Shown: positions 25,855-34,996 of the stretch, piece by piece
How positions within the stretch are numbered: the stretch's first letter is position 1
Layout: each line of letters starts with the position of its first letter
Source: a virus
Taxonomy: Duplodnaviria > Caudoviricetes
Reading direction: 5' to 3' (one strand)
Virus record (IMG/VR): IMGVR_UViG_3300037067_002168
Coordinates: 24,189 to 88,188 of that record
Length of the DNA: 64,000 nucleotides
Position numbers and translations under genes: made by a program
The notes under the pieces: model-generated
The model's database searches: none
The model's input: the letters and a program-made list of their open reading frames with translations, nothing else
Told to the model about the DNA's origin: nothing

Positions 25855-26031
25855 ATGCCTAAGAAAGGAAGACGGTGTTGGGGAATCGACTTAAGTGAGA
25901 AGTATTTGAAGGATAACGCGGTGCCTAGAATCGAGGGAGCATTATCAGTTAGGCCGGCGTTATCTAGATTGATTCCCAACCGTAAGACAGAGCGTATTAG
26001 ATTGGGTAATAGGTTACTGAGTTCAAAATAA
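25855..26031 (+). pseudogene. C-terminal remnant of a DNA methyltransferase
   Basis: GRRCWGIDLSEKYL..AVPRI matches the GRxxIGIE/D...Y...RI tail of beta-class MTases; catalytic motifs absent. Confidence 0.5.
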
Positions 26032-26215
26032 AATTGATTTTGGCTTCTTACTATATACTACTACGTAGTATTACGTAAGTAGACCCTGCCGATTACATTA
26101 TAATAATCAAAACTTGCGTCGTAAGTAACCGGCGTTAGGTAAAATCGTAAGGGTTTACGGGCATGGGTATAATGGCAGTATAGTTTAATAATCTTGTAAT
26201 AGTCAGGAGATAACC

Positions 26216-27121
26216 ATGAATGTTGGGATCATAGGTCAGGGATTTGTTGGCACCGCCGTTCGAGAAGGTCTACGCAAACATCATACAATTCTTACTTATG
26301 ATAAAAAACACTTGGACCATATTGACTATTTTGCCGGCGATTTAGGACGGTCGCAGCCGTCGTCGTCTCCGGTCAGTCAATTATGCGTCGATTGCGCTGT
26401 AATCTTTATCTGCTTGCCGACTCCGATGGGTATGGACGGCTCCTGTGATACAAGTATCGTTGAGTCCACCATCGCTCTGATTTACGATGCGCGTCGGAAT
26501 CGGCAAAGTGAATCAGTTGGGTTATGCTATTCTCCGACGATCATCATCAAGTCAACAGTACCGCCAGGAACGACGAAGGAATTGATGGGTAAGTATCCTG
26601 GAACTAAAATCTGTTTCAACCCGGAGTTTCTCACGGAAAGAGATCCAGTCGGTGATTTTCAACGACAGAATCGGATCGTCATTGGTGTAGAAGACCGGGG
26701 GACTGCGACGGCAGTGTCTCTGATGTACCGAGAGGCATTTCCAGGAGTTGAGCAGTGCGTCGTCGATTCTACTACGGCAGAATTAGTCAAGTATTTTACC
26801 AACGTCGCCCTGGCCGTCCGCGTATCGTTGGCAAATGAGTTTTATCAGATTGCTCAAAAGTTAGATTTAGACTATGGGCAGGTCCAGAAAATTGCTAATT
26901 TAGATCCTCGATTAGGCGGCAGTCATTGGCAGGTGCCTGGGTTAGACGGTAAGATGGGATTTAGTGGGAGCTGCTTTCCTAAGGATTTGAATGGATTGAT
27001 CACATTCGCTGAGTCGATCGGAGTATCCTGCCCTACGATGCTTGGCGCTTGGCAGACAAACTTAAACGTGCGACCAGAGCGAGACTGGGAACAATTGGTT
27101 GGCCGTGCTGTCATAGGATAA
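26216..27121 (+). CDS. UDP-glucose/GDP-mannose dehydrogenase family protein (lacks C-terminal domain)
   Basis: IIGQGFVG, ICLPTP, IIKSTVPPGTT, FNPEFLTE, ELVKY..N, GFSGSCFPKD with catalytic Cys. Confidence 0.93.
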   Translation: MNVGIIGQGFVGTAVREGLRKHHTILTYDKKHLDHIDYFAGDLGRSQPSSSPVSQLCVDCAVIFICLPTPMGMDGSCDTSIVESTIALIYDARRNRQSESVGLCYSPTIIIKSTVPPGTTKELMGKYPGTKICFNPEFLTERDPVGDFQRQNRIVIGVEDRGTATAVSLMYREAFPGVEQCVVDSTTAELVKYFTNVALAVRVSLANEFYQIAQKLDLDYGQVQKIANLDPRLGGSHWQVPGLDGKMGFSGSCFPKDLNGLITFAESIGVSCPTMLGAWQTNLNVRPERDWEQLVGRAVIG

Positions 27122-27170
27122 CATCGGTATAATACTTAGTTGTGCGTCTTATCAGTAGAAAGGAAACATC

Positions 27171-27443
27171 ATGCAAATCGAGTACGTAAAGTTGAGATCG
27201 GGCGATGAACTGATCGGTGGCATTCAGGAAGATAGTCCGAACGCATTGTCAAATCCCTGGCGTATGCTACTGACGCCTAATGGTTACGTGCCTTGCCCTA
27301 TACCAGTTAAGGAGATTACTCTGGATGGATCGGAAATTGTCTGGCGAGGCGAGGTTGATGCTGACCTAGCCGACGTATATCGAACTAAGAATGGGCTACT
27401 GTCAGTCCAAACTCCCAGACTATCTATACCGCGTCCATGCTAA
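27171..27443 (+). CDS. hypothetical protein (Sm-like beta protein)
   Basis: VKLRSGDELIG start; RBS AAGGA. Confidence 0.6.
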   Translation: MQIEYVKLRSGDELIGGIQEDSPNALSNPWRMLLTPNGYVPCPIPVKEITLDGSEIVWRGEVDADLADVYRTKNGLLSVQTPRLSIPRPC

Positions 27444-27499
27444 GCAGTTGACCAACCGCGTGGTACTGGATTATCGACGTAATAATAGCGAGGTATACT

Positions 27500-27835
27500 G
27501 TGGTCAATAAGGACTTGGATCTGCTGCAAGAGTCGGTGGACGAGTGCCCTGTACAACGCCGTATGGTTCAGATGCTGCTAGATGGGCTGCCGCACCGTCG
27601 GGAAGAGTTACACGGGTGCTTGGCAGACAGACTGGGCCCACTGTCAAACATCAAGTCTAACATCAGCAAGATTCGTAAGCAGGCGCACATCTTTGGGTTG
27701 GACATCGTATGCGTACTATTCCAGCGTACCGTGTGGTATCGTCTCGTTCGCGCGATAAACGATCAACGCGATCGTGAATCGGATGTCGGCAGATGCTCAT
27801 CTTCTGCGTCAGTAATTTTTGATTCTGGCCGGTGA
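27500..27835 (+). CDS. putative winged-helix protein
   Basis: LLDGLPHRREEL...NIKSNISKIRKQ...YRL. Confidence 0.5.
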   Translation: MVNKDLDLLQESVDECPVQRRMVQMLLDGLPHRREELHGCLADRLGPLSNIKSNISKIRKQAHIFGLDIVCVLFQRTVWYRLVRAINDQRDRESDVGRCSSSASVIFDSGR

Positions 27836-27935
27836 AAAATCAGATTTCAAACGTCAAAAATTGCGCCTATTTTATAACCCCGAGTAAGGCAGTTCAGTAT
27901 CAGGTCAGTCGCCGCCTGTTTGCCATGATAATAAA

Positions 27936-28340
27936 ATGATCCCGCTATGCAAGATTACACAGATTCAAGATATGCTAAACGCTGGAATCTCATATAGAAA
28001 AATTACCGTGATGGCTGGTGTGTCGAGAGGAACCATCAGCCGTGTGGCCAATGGCGAGATTACCAATAGGAGACGTAGGAAAACTGACTCTAATTTTAGC
28101 AGGTATGTAGATAGTTCACCACGACTGCTACCCAAAAGGATTTGTCCAACATGCGGAATAGTTGGATACCATCCTTGCGTTGCTTGCAGAGCAATAGATG
28201 GTGATAACTCTGAAAAGCGTATTGCTAGATTAGAAGCAGATCAGGTAAATACGGCTGATCTGGATCTGAAGTTGGATGAGCAAGAAACCAATAACCTACG
28301 ACTTTTAGTTGCCAATCCAAATATCTTAGATGCTGAATAA
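27936..28340 (+). CDS. HTH protein with CxxC motifs
   Basis: GISYRKITVMAGVSRGTISRVA; CPTCG...CVAC. Confidence 0.7.
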   Translation: MIPLCKITQIQDMLNAGISYRKITVMAGVSRGTISRVANGEITNRRRRKTDSNFSRYVDSSPRLLPKRICPTCGIVGYHPCVACRAIDGDNSEKRIARLEADQVNTADLDLKLDEQETNNLRLLVANPNILDAE

Positions 28341-28358
28341 ACAATTGTAAAAACCCAA

Positions 28359-28396
28359 ATTGTAGATTGTAGATTGTAGATTGTAGATTGTAGATT
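28359..28396. repeat. (ATTGTAG)5 heptamer tandem repeat
   Basis: Five exact copies at 28359-28393 in the intergenic gap before the small terminase. Confidence 0.95.
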
Positions 28397-28417
28397 TAAT
28401 TATCATATCGGATTATA

Positions 28418-29152
28418 ATGAGTAATGATGGACATCAGAATAAGATGACGTTACGTAAGCGGGAACAGGCAATCGCTACCAGTAAACGTCGCAAGGCGAT
28501 CTGGCAGATGTGGTTGCAGGGAGTACGCAGTCAGTGCGAGATGGCGGCTAGACTAGGCATCAGTCAACCTGCCGTATGTAATCATCTAAAGGCAATACAG
28601 CGGCAATTGAAGGAAGAGGATGTCAAGGGGTATCGCAATAAACAATTGCGGCGTATCAATCAGTTTGAGATGGCTGCCAAAGAAGCATTTGACGCTTGGC
28701 AGAAGAGCAAGGAGAGCGTAGAACAGATACAGACTGAGTATGTTCGCAAGGATTGCCCTCTATGCAAGCAGAGAGAAAAAGAAGAGGCGTCAGCTAAGAA
28801 GTCAGTGAAAAGAGTATCGATGAAAAAAGAGAAACCCTGTGAAGTTTGCAACGGAAACGGGTACATAATGCAGGAGAACATCATACGTAGAGTGACAGGC
28901 AAGGCAGGCGACGCGGCGTTAATTCAACAGTACTGGTTTTGTATGCGTGAAGCGGCTAAACTTGAGGGATTGTATGAGCGAAATAAACGGCCGATACCTC
29001 CTGGGCAGGAGACGCACCTACATGCCCATGTACACGGTGATATGGACTGGAGTAAAGTTCCGGCTGATCAACTGCTACAATTGAAGCAGGCATACTCCAA
29101 TGCAGAAGAAGCGAGCAAGACGGCGATCGACGTTGAGTCAAAGCCAGAGTGA
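28418..29152 (+). CDS. terS: terminase small subunit (putative)
   Basis: N-terminal HTH (SQCEMAARLGISQPAVCNHL), AAKLEGLY motif, position upstream of TerL. Confidence 0.7.
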   Translation: MSNDGHQNKMTLRKREQAIATSKRRKAIWQMWLQGVRSQCEMAARLGISQPAVCNHLKAIQRQLKEEDVKGYRNKQLRRINQFEMAAKEAFDAWQKSKESVEQIQTEYVRKDCPLCKQREKEEASAKKSVKRVSMKKEKPCEVCNGNGYIMQENIIRRVTGKAGDAALIQQYWFCMREAAKLEGLYERNKRPIPPGQETHLHAHVHGDMDWSKVPADQLLQLKQAYSNAEEASKTAIDVESKPE

Positions 29153-29340
29153 TAGATACTATGGAATACCCATTAGAGATAGAGATGTTGGGGTTAGGTA
29201 TGTACCGACGACGGTTGATCGACTGCGTATTCTTTCGCGGTTGGTCTACATTAAAGTGCGCCAGGGAGATTGGTGCTGATCCAAACCAAGTGTTACTAGA
29301 CTTTAACGAGGCTACTCGCAAAAACGAGGAGGAACGATAA
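29149..29340 (+). CDS. small HTH-like protein
   Basis: GWSTLKCAREIGAD; coupled to neighbours. Confidence 0.5.
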   Translation: MIDTMEYPLEIEMLGLGMYRRRLIDCVFFRGWSTLKCAREIGADPNQVLLDFNEATRKNEEER

Positions 29341-29534
29341 TGTTGCAAGTTATTTGCACTGTGTTCTATGCAGATACGGGTGAATTTTGCAAGCGGGTAA
29401 TTGACTGGGATGATCCAGAGCAGCGTAGGAAGTTTGCTCGTAGGGCAAACCAAGCAATTCGAGACGGTGGAAAGGTCACAACAGAACGGTTTGATGCGAG
29501 GCAGGATGTCAATCAGGATGTCAATTTTGAGTAA
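29340..29534 (+). CDS. hypothetical protein
   Basis: RBS GGAGG, 64 aa. Confidence 0.55.
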   Translation: MLQVICTVFYADTGEFCKRVIDWDDPEQRRKFARRANQAIRDGGKVTTERFDARQDVNQDVNFE

Positions 29535-31137
29535 GCAAAAATTACCATCTAAACCTTCTACGCTACCTCCCTCATCTACGGTGGACGCAGAGTATCGGCG
29601 ACGCAGCAAGGATGATCCATTGCTGTTCGCTCGCGGGTTGATAATCCCTAGCGCCTCTGGTCCCAAGCTATTCGAGAGTTGCATCGCGCCGTTCCAACGA
29701 GAGTGTTTCGACCTGCTAGCCGAATCGCTGTTGGCAGTACGCGACGGTAAGCTACCGCAGAGGAGAAGGTACTGGATCGAGCGAACGAAGAAGGCGTCGA
29801 AGGATGCCGACATGGCCATCTGCATCGTGTGGTTGATGGCCTTTGCTAGTAAGCCAACACTGGTTCAGGTGTCTGCGGCGAATCAGCAGCAGGCAGGTAT
29901 CATCAAGCGGCGCGCCGCTGCATTACTACACTACAATCCTTGGCTAAACGACTTAGTGACTATCCAACTCAATCGTATATTCAGTAAGGACACCAGGCTG
30001 GGCGAGACAGTCATCGAGGCGACTGGCAGCTCAGGAGCTAAACAGGGTGACATCCCCGATCTGCTATTGTTGAATGAGCTGGTTCACGTCGATCGCTGGG
30101 GCGTGAATGAGACACACATGAATAACGCCGACGGAGTTCCTCGTGGCGTCGTCATCATCTGTACCAACGCCGGTATCAAGAATAGCAAGGCGTGGCGCTG
30201 GAGACAGAATGCCCTGAATAATCCAGATCGGTGGACCGTCCATCTGTGGAAGGATCTGGCCCCCTGGAACAGCCCCGAAGACATGGAGGATGCCAGGCGC
30301 AGAGACCCGGTGGGGTCTGAGTTCGCTAGACTCTGGAAGGGGCAGTGGGTGAGCGGGTCAGGCGACGCCGTGTCTGAGGTGATGATAGACAAGTGCTTCA
30401 GGTTAGAGGGGCCATTAAAGGGGCCAGAGCATGGCTGGGAGTACGTGGCGGGCGTAGACTTGGGTATATCCCACGATCACTCCGGCGTTACCCTAGTGGG
30501 CGTAGACCGTCTTAATCAGCGTATAAAAGTCGGGTGGATCAGGGGGTTTGAGCCGTCTATACCGAACGATCAGAATAAGCTGGAGGTGGATTTAGACAAA
30601 GTTGAGTCCACCTGCCTAAATCTAACAAATAGGTTTCATGTTCGTTGGTTCGGCTACGATCCGGCAGCCGGTGGTAGCTTCATGGCGCAACGGTTACGCA
30701 AACAAAATGTACCGATGCGCGAAATGTCTTTCTCCAGCCCAACAAACTTGAGCGCTATGGCTCTGGCGTTTGTTCAGACAGTCGGAGCCGGCAAGCTGGA
30801 GTGCTACGAAGATGACGACGGAAGGTTGAGAAGGGATTTTGGCAAGTTCTCCATCGTACCTAGGATACCCGGCGGATACAAGTTGGAGGCTCCTAGCGAC
30901 GAGTGGGGTCATGCCGACGTTGGTACCGCGCTGGTCATATGTCTACCTGAGGCAGTCAGCATGCTGGGAGGTAATCTGGCCTTTTCTTCTGGGGATGTCC
31001 TATTCGAGGAGACTAAGGAATTGACTGATAAGGAATTGTCTCAGATGCCGAAAGAACTACAAGACATCTGTGATGTTTATCAGAAACCAACTGCGAGTCA
31101 ACGATTCGATGGTTTAGACGACCCAGACAACTGGTAA
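29518..31137 (+). CDS. terL: terminase large subunit
   Basis: APFQRE Q-motif, ICTNAG coupling motif, EFARLWKGQW, nuclease GVDLGISHD, GYDPAAG, HADVGTAL; start uncertain (29506/29518). Confidence 0.9.
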   Translation: MSILSKQKLPSKPSTLPPSSTVDAEYRRRSKDDPLLFARGLIIPSASGPKLFESCIAPFQRECFDLLAESLLAVRDGKLPQRRRYWIERTKKASKDADMAICIVWLMAFASKPTLVQVSAANQQQAGIIKRRAAALLHYNPWLNDLVTIQLNRIFSKDTRLGETVIEATGSSGAKQGDIPDLLLLNELVHVDRWGVNETHMNNADGVPRGVVIICTNAGIKNSKAWRWRQNALNNPDRWTVHLWKDLAPWNSPEDMEDARRRDPVGSEFARLWKGQWVSGSGDAVSEVMIDKCFRLEGPLKGPEHGWEYVAGVDLGISHDHSGVTLVGVDRLNQRIKVGWIRGFEPSIPNDQNKLEVDLDKVESTCLNLTNRFHVRWFGYDPAAGGSFMAQRLRKQNVPMREMSFSSPTNLSAMALAFVQTVGAGKLECYEDDDGRLRRDFGKFSIVPRIPGGYKLEAPSDEWGHADVGTALVICLPEAVSMLGGNLAFSSGDVLFEETKELTDKELSQMPKELQDICDVYQKPTASQRFDGLDDPDNW

Positions 31138-31251
31138 CTGCCAGAACCGTCTGACGATTAAACTCTAATGGGTTTATGCCTAATGATACTGCGTTGCTGA
31201 TTTTGAGAATAGACTATAGTGTTCTTCGGGAACGGTATATCCAGGAAGATC

Positions 31252-31818
31252 ATGAAACTACTCCTTCAGAAACCAATCCCTGGCGGTCCTCCGATTGAGC
31301 GTATCATCGCGCAAGTCTGCGGTCCCTACTGTCATGCAGAAGTACTGTTTGAGAGCGATGGTAGGATGTTTTCTTCTGGAGTGCCTGACGGAGTTCGATT
31401 CACGTCAGCCAAAGATACATTCGACGAGCTGGCTAACCATGCTGGCTATTGGGACATCATACAGCTACCGTGGACTGAGACGCACGAAGTTACCGTCTGG
31501 TGTGAATCACTAGTCGGTGCTGGATACGACTATGTTGGTGCGTTTTCTTCTGGATTTGGGTTAGCTCGCCAACATTTTGACAAGTGGTTCTGTTCGGAAG
31601 TCAGCGCTGAAGTCATCAGTCGAGTGAGTGGGCTAGTCATACCAAAACTACTCTGTCCTACCGATCTGGGTATTTGGATCAACGACATTCTGGACGGGGT
31701 TTCAGACGTAGAAGCTATTGCACGACGACAAATAGCGGCTCTGACTAGGTTCCATGGTAGCGAGATAGAAGATTACGGCGATTTACTACAGATTATTCAA
31801 GGGCGATTGACAATTTAA
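31252..31818 (+). CDS. permuted papain-like (YiiX/YaeF, C92-type) amidase/peptidase
   Basis: YCHAEV (His), GAGYDYVG, KWFCSEV (Cys): permuted NlpC/P60 order. Confidence 0.8.
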   Translation: MKLLLQKPIPGGPPIERIIAQVCGPYCHAEVLFESDGRMFSSGVPDGVRFTSAKDTFDELANHAGYWDIIQLPWTETHEVTVWCESLVGAGYDYVGAFSSGFGLARQHFDKWFCSEVSAEVISRVSGLVIPKLLCPTDLGIWINDILDGVSDVEAIARRQIAALTRFHGSEIEDYGDLLQIIQGRLTI

Positions 31819-31851
31819 CTTTGAACAAATTTATGGAATCGGGAGACAGTG

Positions 31852-31962
31852 ATGAACTTAATACCAGACATACTACGTATTACGTTTGTATGGCTGATAT
31901 TTGGTACTATAACAGCCGCCGCAATTGTTTTAGTTAAACTAGCGATCTATGTTGGTTTGTGA
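31852..31962 (+). CDS. 36-aa hydrophobic peptide (not in ORF track)
   Basis: MNLIPDILRITFVWLIFGTITAAAIVLVKLAIYVGL; RBS GGGAG. Confidence 0.45.
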   Translation: MNLIPDILRITFVWLIFGTITAAAIVLVKLAIYVGL

Positions 31963-31988
31963 TTACCCATTACCCTAGGAGGTGTCTT

Positions 31989-32273
31989 GTGAGTAAAGTT
32001 ACTGATGCTGCAAAGGTGGTTACTAAACCACTGGCAAAGTTGGTCGGCCCCAGTCAATGCAAGGCCGCACGCGATTTGATCATCTTGTCTGTCAAAGGTC
32101 CGGTCGGCGCTGGCGGTCTTGGATGGCAGTCGGTTGAAGACTTCAAGTCTGCCGTAGCTGACAACCGACGGTTCAAGAAGATTGATCCTGATACGATGGC
32201 CTTGATCATGGAGATGGTGCTAGCCATTATGGAAGCGATGATGGAGAACAAGAGCAAGAATGCAACGGCGTAG
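31989..32273 (+). CDS. hypothetical protein
   Basis: RBS GGAGG then GTG 31989. Confidence 0.6.
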   Translation: MSKVTDAAKVVTKPLAKLVGPSQCKAARDLIILSVKGPVGAGGLGWQSVEDFKSAVADNRRFKKIDPDTMALIMEMVLAIMEAMMENKSKNATA

Positions 32274-32414
32274 TTGCATTGTTTAAGACGGCTCTTGTTG
32301 TTCAGTGAAGCAACGGCAGTTTGGACCAGGCCCACACACGATTAGTACCTGTACGTCTACTGCCGTTGCTTCTTTTTGTATGCTTGTACAATTTGTAAGA
32401 TTGAGGAGCAAAGA

Positions 32415-32780
32415 ATGAATCGGTTAGTAATTTTGGTCATCGCGTTTATTCTGTTGATTACGTCGTCTGTATTCGCCCAGGGTCGTCGTCCTTCGGTCGT
32501 CGTGTCCGTCAATCCAACCGTCGTACAATCCGGTGAACCCGCCGCGTTGCGCTGGGAGTCATCTAATGCTACATCGGTAACTGTAGGCACTAACGGTCGA
32601 TTCTACACGTATAGAGACCCGTTGCGAGTACCATTGACTGGCTCGATGATCGTCAAACCGACACTGACGACGACTTATTACGTCATCGCCAGAAAACGTC
32701 TGGCTGACTTGAATGACAATGGACGATCTGACGGCATTCGTCGATCAACTCGTGCGTCTGTTACAGTACAAGTTAAGTAG
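32415..32780 (+). CDS. secreted Ig-like domain protein
   Basis: Signal peptide MNRLVILVIAFILLITSSVFA; beta-sandwich pattern; RBS GAGGAG. Confidence 0.7.
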   Translation: MNRLVILVIAFILLITSSVFAQGRRPSVVVSVNPTVVQSGEPAALRWESSNATSVTVGTNGRFYTYRDPLRVPLTGSMIVKPTLTTTYYVIARKRLADLNDNGRSDGIRRSTRASVTVQVK

Positions 32781-32843
32781 CTAATAAACAGACTTGCTAT
32801 CTACTGGTAATTGTAAGTTACATTTAACCACAGGAGACTTGAA

Positions 32844-34526
32844 ATGAGACGGTTGATTGCACTTAGCATTACGGCAGTTTTGCTGCTTTCTATCGGGATG
32901 GGAGCTGCTCCCCGATGGCCCTGGAGCGTAAAAGGTACTCTGACGGTCGATCCACCTTCGATCAAATTGGGAGAGAAATCTGTACTGACCTGGGATTGCA
33001 GTAAGGCGGCAAGGTCAGTAGATTTAGACGGGGAAGAAGTGGCCCTTTCTGGCTCCAGGGAGGTGACTCCGACTGAGACTACCAATTACACTCTTACGAT
33101 TCGAGGTAAGCGTCTATCTATGGCTACAATGGCTACGGTGACGGTAATAGACGGTGTTCCTGATCCTGTACCGCCAGAACCTAGTCCCGATCCTCAGCCA
33201 GATCCAGAACCGCCGGCACCTACTCCCACACCTGATCCTGTTGATGGATTTTCTCTGTCGGCCGTCGGATTCGGTTCTGCCTTTGACGTAGATAGCACTC
33301 TCAGCGCGGCAGCTCGTGACAAAGACATTGGTGAGTTGCTTAGAAGTCAGAATGGTACTTGGCTCGTTCTTACGGATGAAGTGATGGCCGTATCGCATCC
33401 CAAGGTGTTCGATGACTGGGTTACTCTATTTAACGCCAGCGGTAAGAAGAAACCTGCCGTACTATTCCATGATCAAGGCAAGGTACTCAGTATTGAGGAA
33501 GTGGCTGGTAAGACAAAGTTAGACATCTTAAATCTGGCCAAGTCAGTAATTCCAGTATCCAAAGATTGTGTGACGATCCACGGTAGAATCTACCGATTGG
33601 GATTGAAGCCAGAACCGTTGAATGCTGAAAAATCGGCACTCAGTGTGACTAAGATACTCAATCCAATCGGCGAAAAAGAATGCCCGTTTGTCGATCTGTC
33701 ATCTCAGGTACGATTCATCAAAGATCAAGTCAGTGGTACCTGCGTCTTAAACTCTTTCGCCGGTGCTTGTGAAGCGGCAGTATATACGGCTTACGGCGCA
33801 GAAAATTGCCGAGAGTTTTCCCCCAGTTTCCTTGCTAATCTAACGGATGGTTGGAATGGCACTTGGGGATCTGAAGCGGCGAAGATGGTTCAAAAGTATG
33901 GTAATCTGTTCATGGATGAGATGGGCCCATCGCAGACGCGGTATCCTAGTAATTGGAAGAATATTGCTGAAAAGAATCAGGTATTAGCCCTCTATGGTCC
34001 ACCAGATAGCAACCCGCCAGGATATATCCGAGCTGCGTTGAACCGAGGGTATATCGTCTGCGCTGGTATCGCCGTCGGATCTGGATTCGACGTAGACTCT
34101 TCTGGATTCATAGGTACTTGGGGTATGGGCCGATCGATCAACCATGAGATTCGCGTGGTAGGCTACAACCCAGAAAATGGCCGATACAAGATAGCCAACT
34201 CTTGGGGAATCGATTGGGGTAACAAGGGATTTGCCTGGCTCGACGGTAAGTTCTTCAGCGAAGATACGGACCTTTGGGTCATCGTAGCTATAGAAGCTAA
34301 TCCTGGCTACAAGTTTTACGCTCCATTGAATCCTTCTGCAACTCAATCGAAGCAAGTTCTACAAGTGCCAGTTGAGGCAGTGATCAAGGCAAGTAAGGAG
34401 TTAAACCTATCTTCAAATGCGCCTATTGTAGCGCCGCGTAAGAATAATAATATGACTCGTAAGACTGGCACCAATTGCGCAAGTGGCAGTTGTTCTATAA
34501 AAAGTAAGCCCCGTAAGATTCGATAG
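32844..34526 (+). CDS. secreted papain-family (C1A-like) cysteine peptidase with Ig-like domain and Pro linker
   Basis: Signal peptide; IKDQVSGTCVLNS (Gln, Cys), INHEIRVVGY (His), IANSWGIDWGNKGFAWL (Asn). Confidence 0.9.
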   Translation: MRRLIALSITAVLLLSIGMGAAPRWPWSVKGTLTVDPPSIKLGEKSVLTWDCSKAARSVDLDGEEVALSGSREVTPTETTNYTLTIRGKRLSMATMATVTVIDGVPDPVPPEPSPDPQPDPEPPAPTPTPDPVDGFSLSAVGFGSAFDVDSTLSAAARDKDIGELLRSQNGTWLVLTDEVMAVSHPKVFDDWVTLFNASGKKKPAVLFHDQGKVLSIEEVAGKTKLDILNLAKSVIPVSKDCVTIHGRIYRLGLKPEPLNAEKSALSVTKILNPIGEKECPFVDLSSQVRFIKDQVSGTCVLNSFAGACEAAVYTAYGAENCREFSPSFLANLTDGWNGTWGSEAAKMVQKYGNLFMDEMGPSQTRYPSNWKNIAEKNQVLALYGPPDSNPPGYIRAALNRGYIVCAGIAVGSGFDVDSSGFIGTWGMGRSINHEIRVVGYNPENGRYKIANSWGIDWGNKGFAWLDGKFFSEDTDLWVIVAIEANPGYKFYAPLNPSATQSKQVLQVPVEAVIKASKELNLSSNAPIVAPRKNNNMTRKTGTNCASGSCSIKSKPRKIR

Positions 34527-34596
34527 GTAACAACTGAGTTGCTTATGGTAATTAACTAGTTTAGTAAAGATAGTAAAACCCGGTGAGAAGCAGCAT

Positions 34597-34993
34597 GGCT
34601 GAAAAAGAAAATGAATCTAAATTAGTTAGTAATGGTTATCCGCCAGAATGCCCTTGGTGGTTGAAGATGGCTATCTGGAGTCTACAGAAGTTTGGGATTG
34701 CTACAGTTATCTTGCTTATTGGCGGTTGGTGGACAGCGACGCGGATTGCCGACCCATTGGTACAGCAGTATACGACAAATATCGAGCTTCAAGGGCAGGT
34801 GTCTAAGCAGCAAGCAGAAACTCTAGCTAGTCTTGATAGGGTTTTACGTGAACGATCAAGTCTATTCGTGCAAATGGCTATCGAACATCGCGCGATGCTA
34901 GATTCAATGGAACAGGCAAAAAATGAACACCGTATGATGTTAGATAATCACATTAAAATTATGGAAAAGTTATCGAAAGGGTCAGGAGGATAA
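34597..34993 (+). CDS. holin-like or membrane coiled-coil protein
   Basis: Hydrophobic FGIATVILLIGGWW segment followed by a coiled coil; lysis-type position; start 34583 or 34597. Confidence 0.5.
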
Positions 34994-34996
34994 CCC

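Noticed and set aside
29502-29525. Direct repeat CAGGATGTCAAT x2 at the TerL start
   Set aside because: Short local duplication within overlapping coding frames; only makes the start codon ambiguous
28956-29825. Long minus-strand ORFs (also 23991-24740, 51670-52275, 63119-63775)
   Set aside because: Overlap well-supported plus-strand genes and have no recognisable motifs
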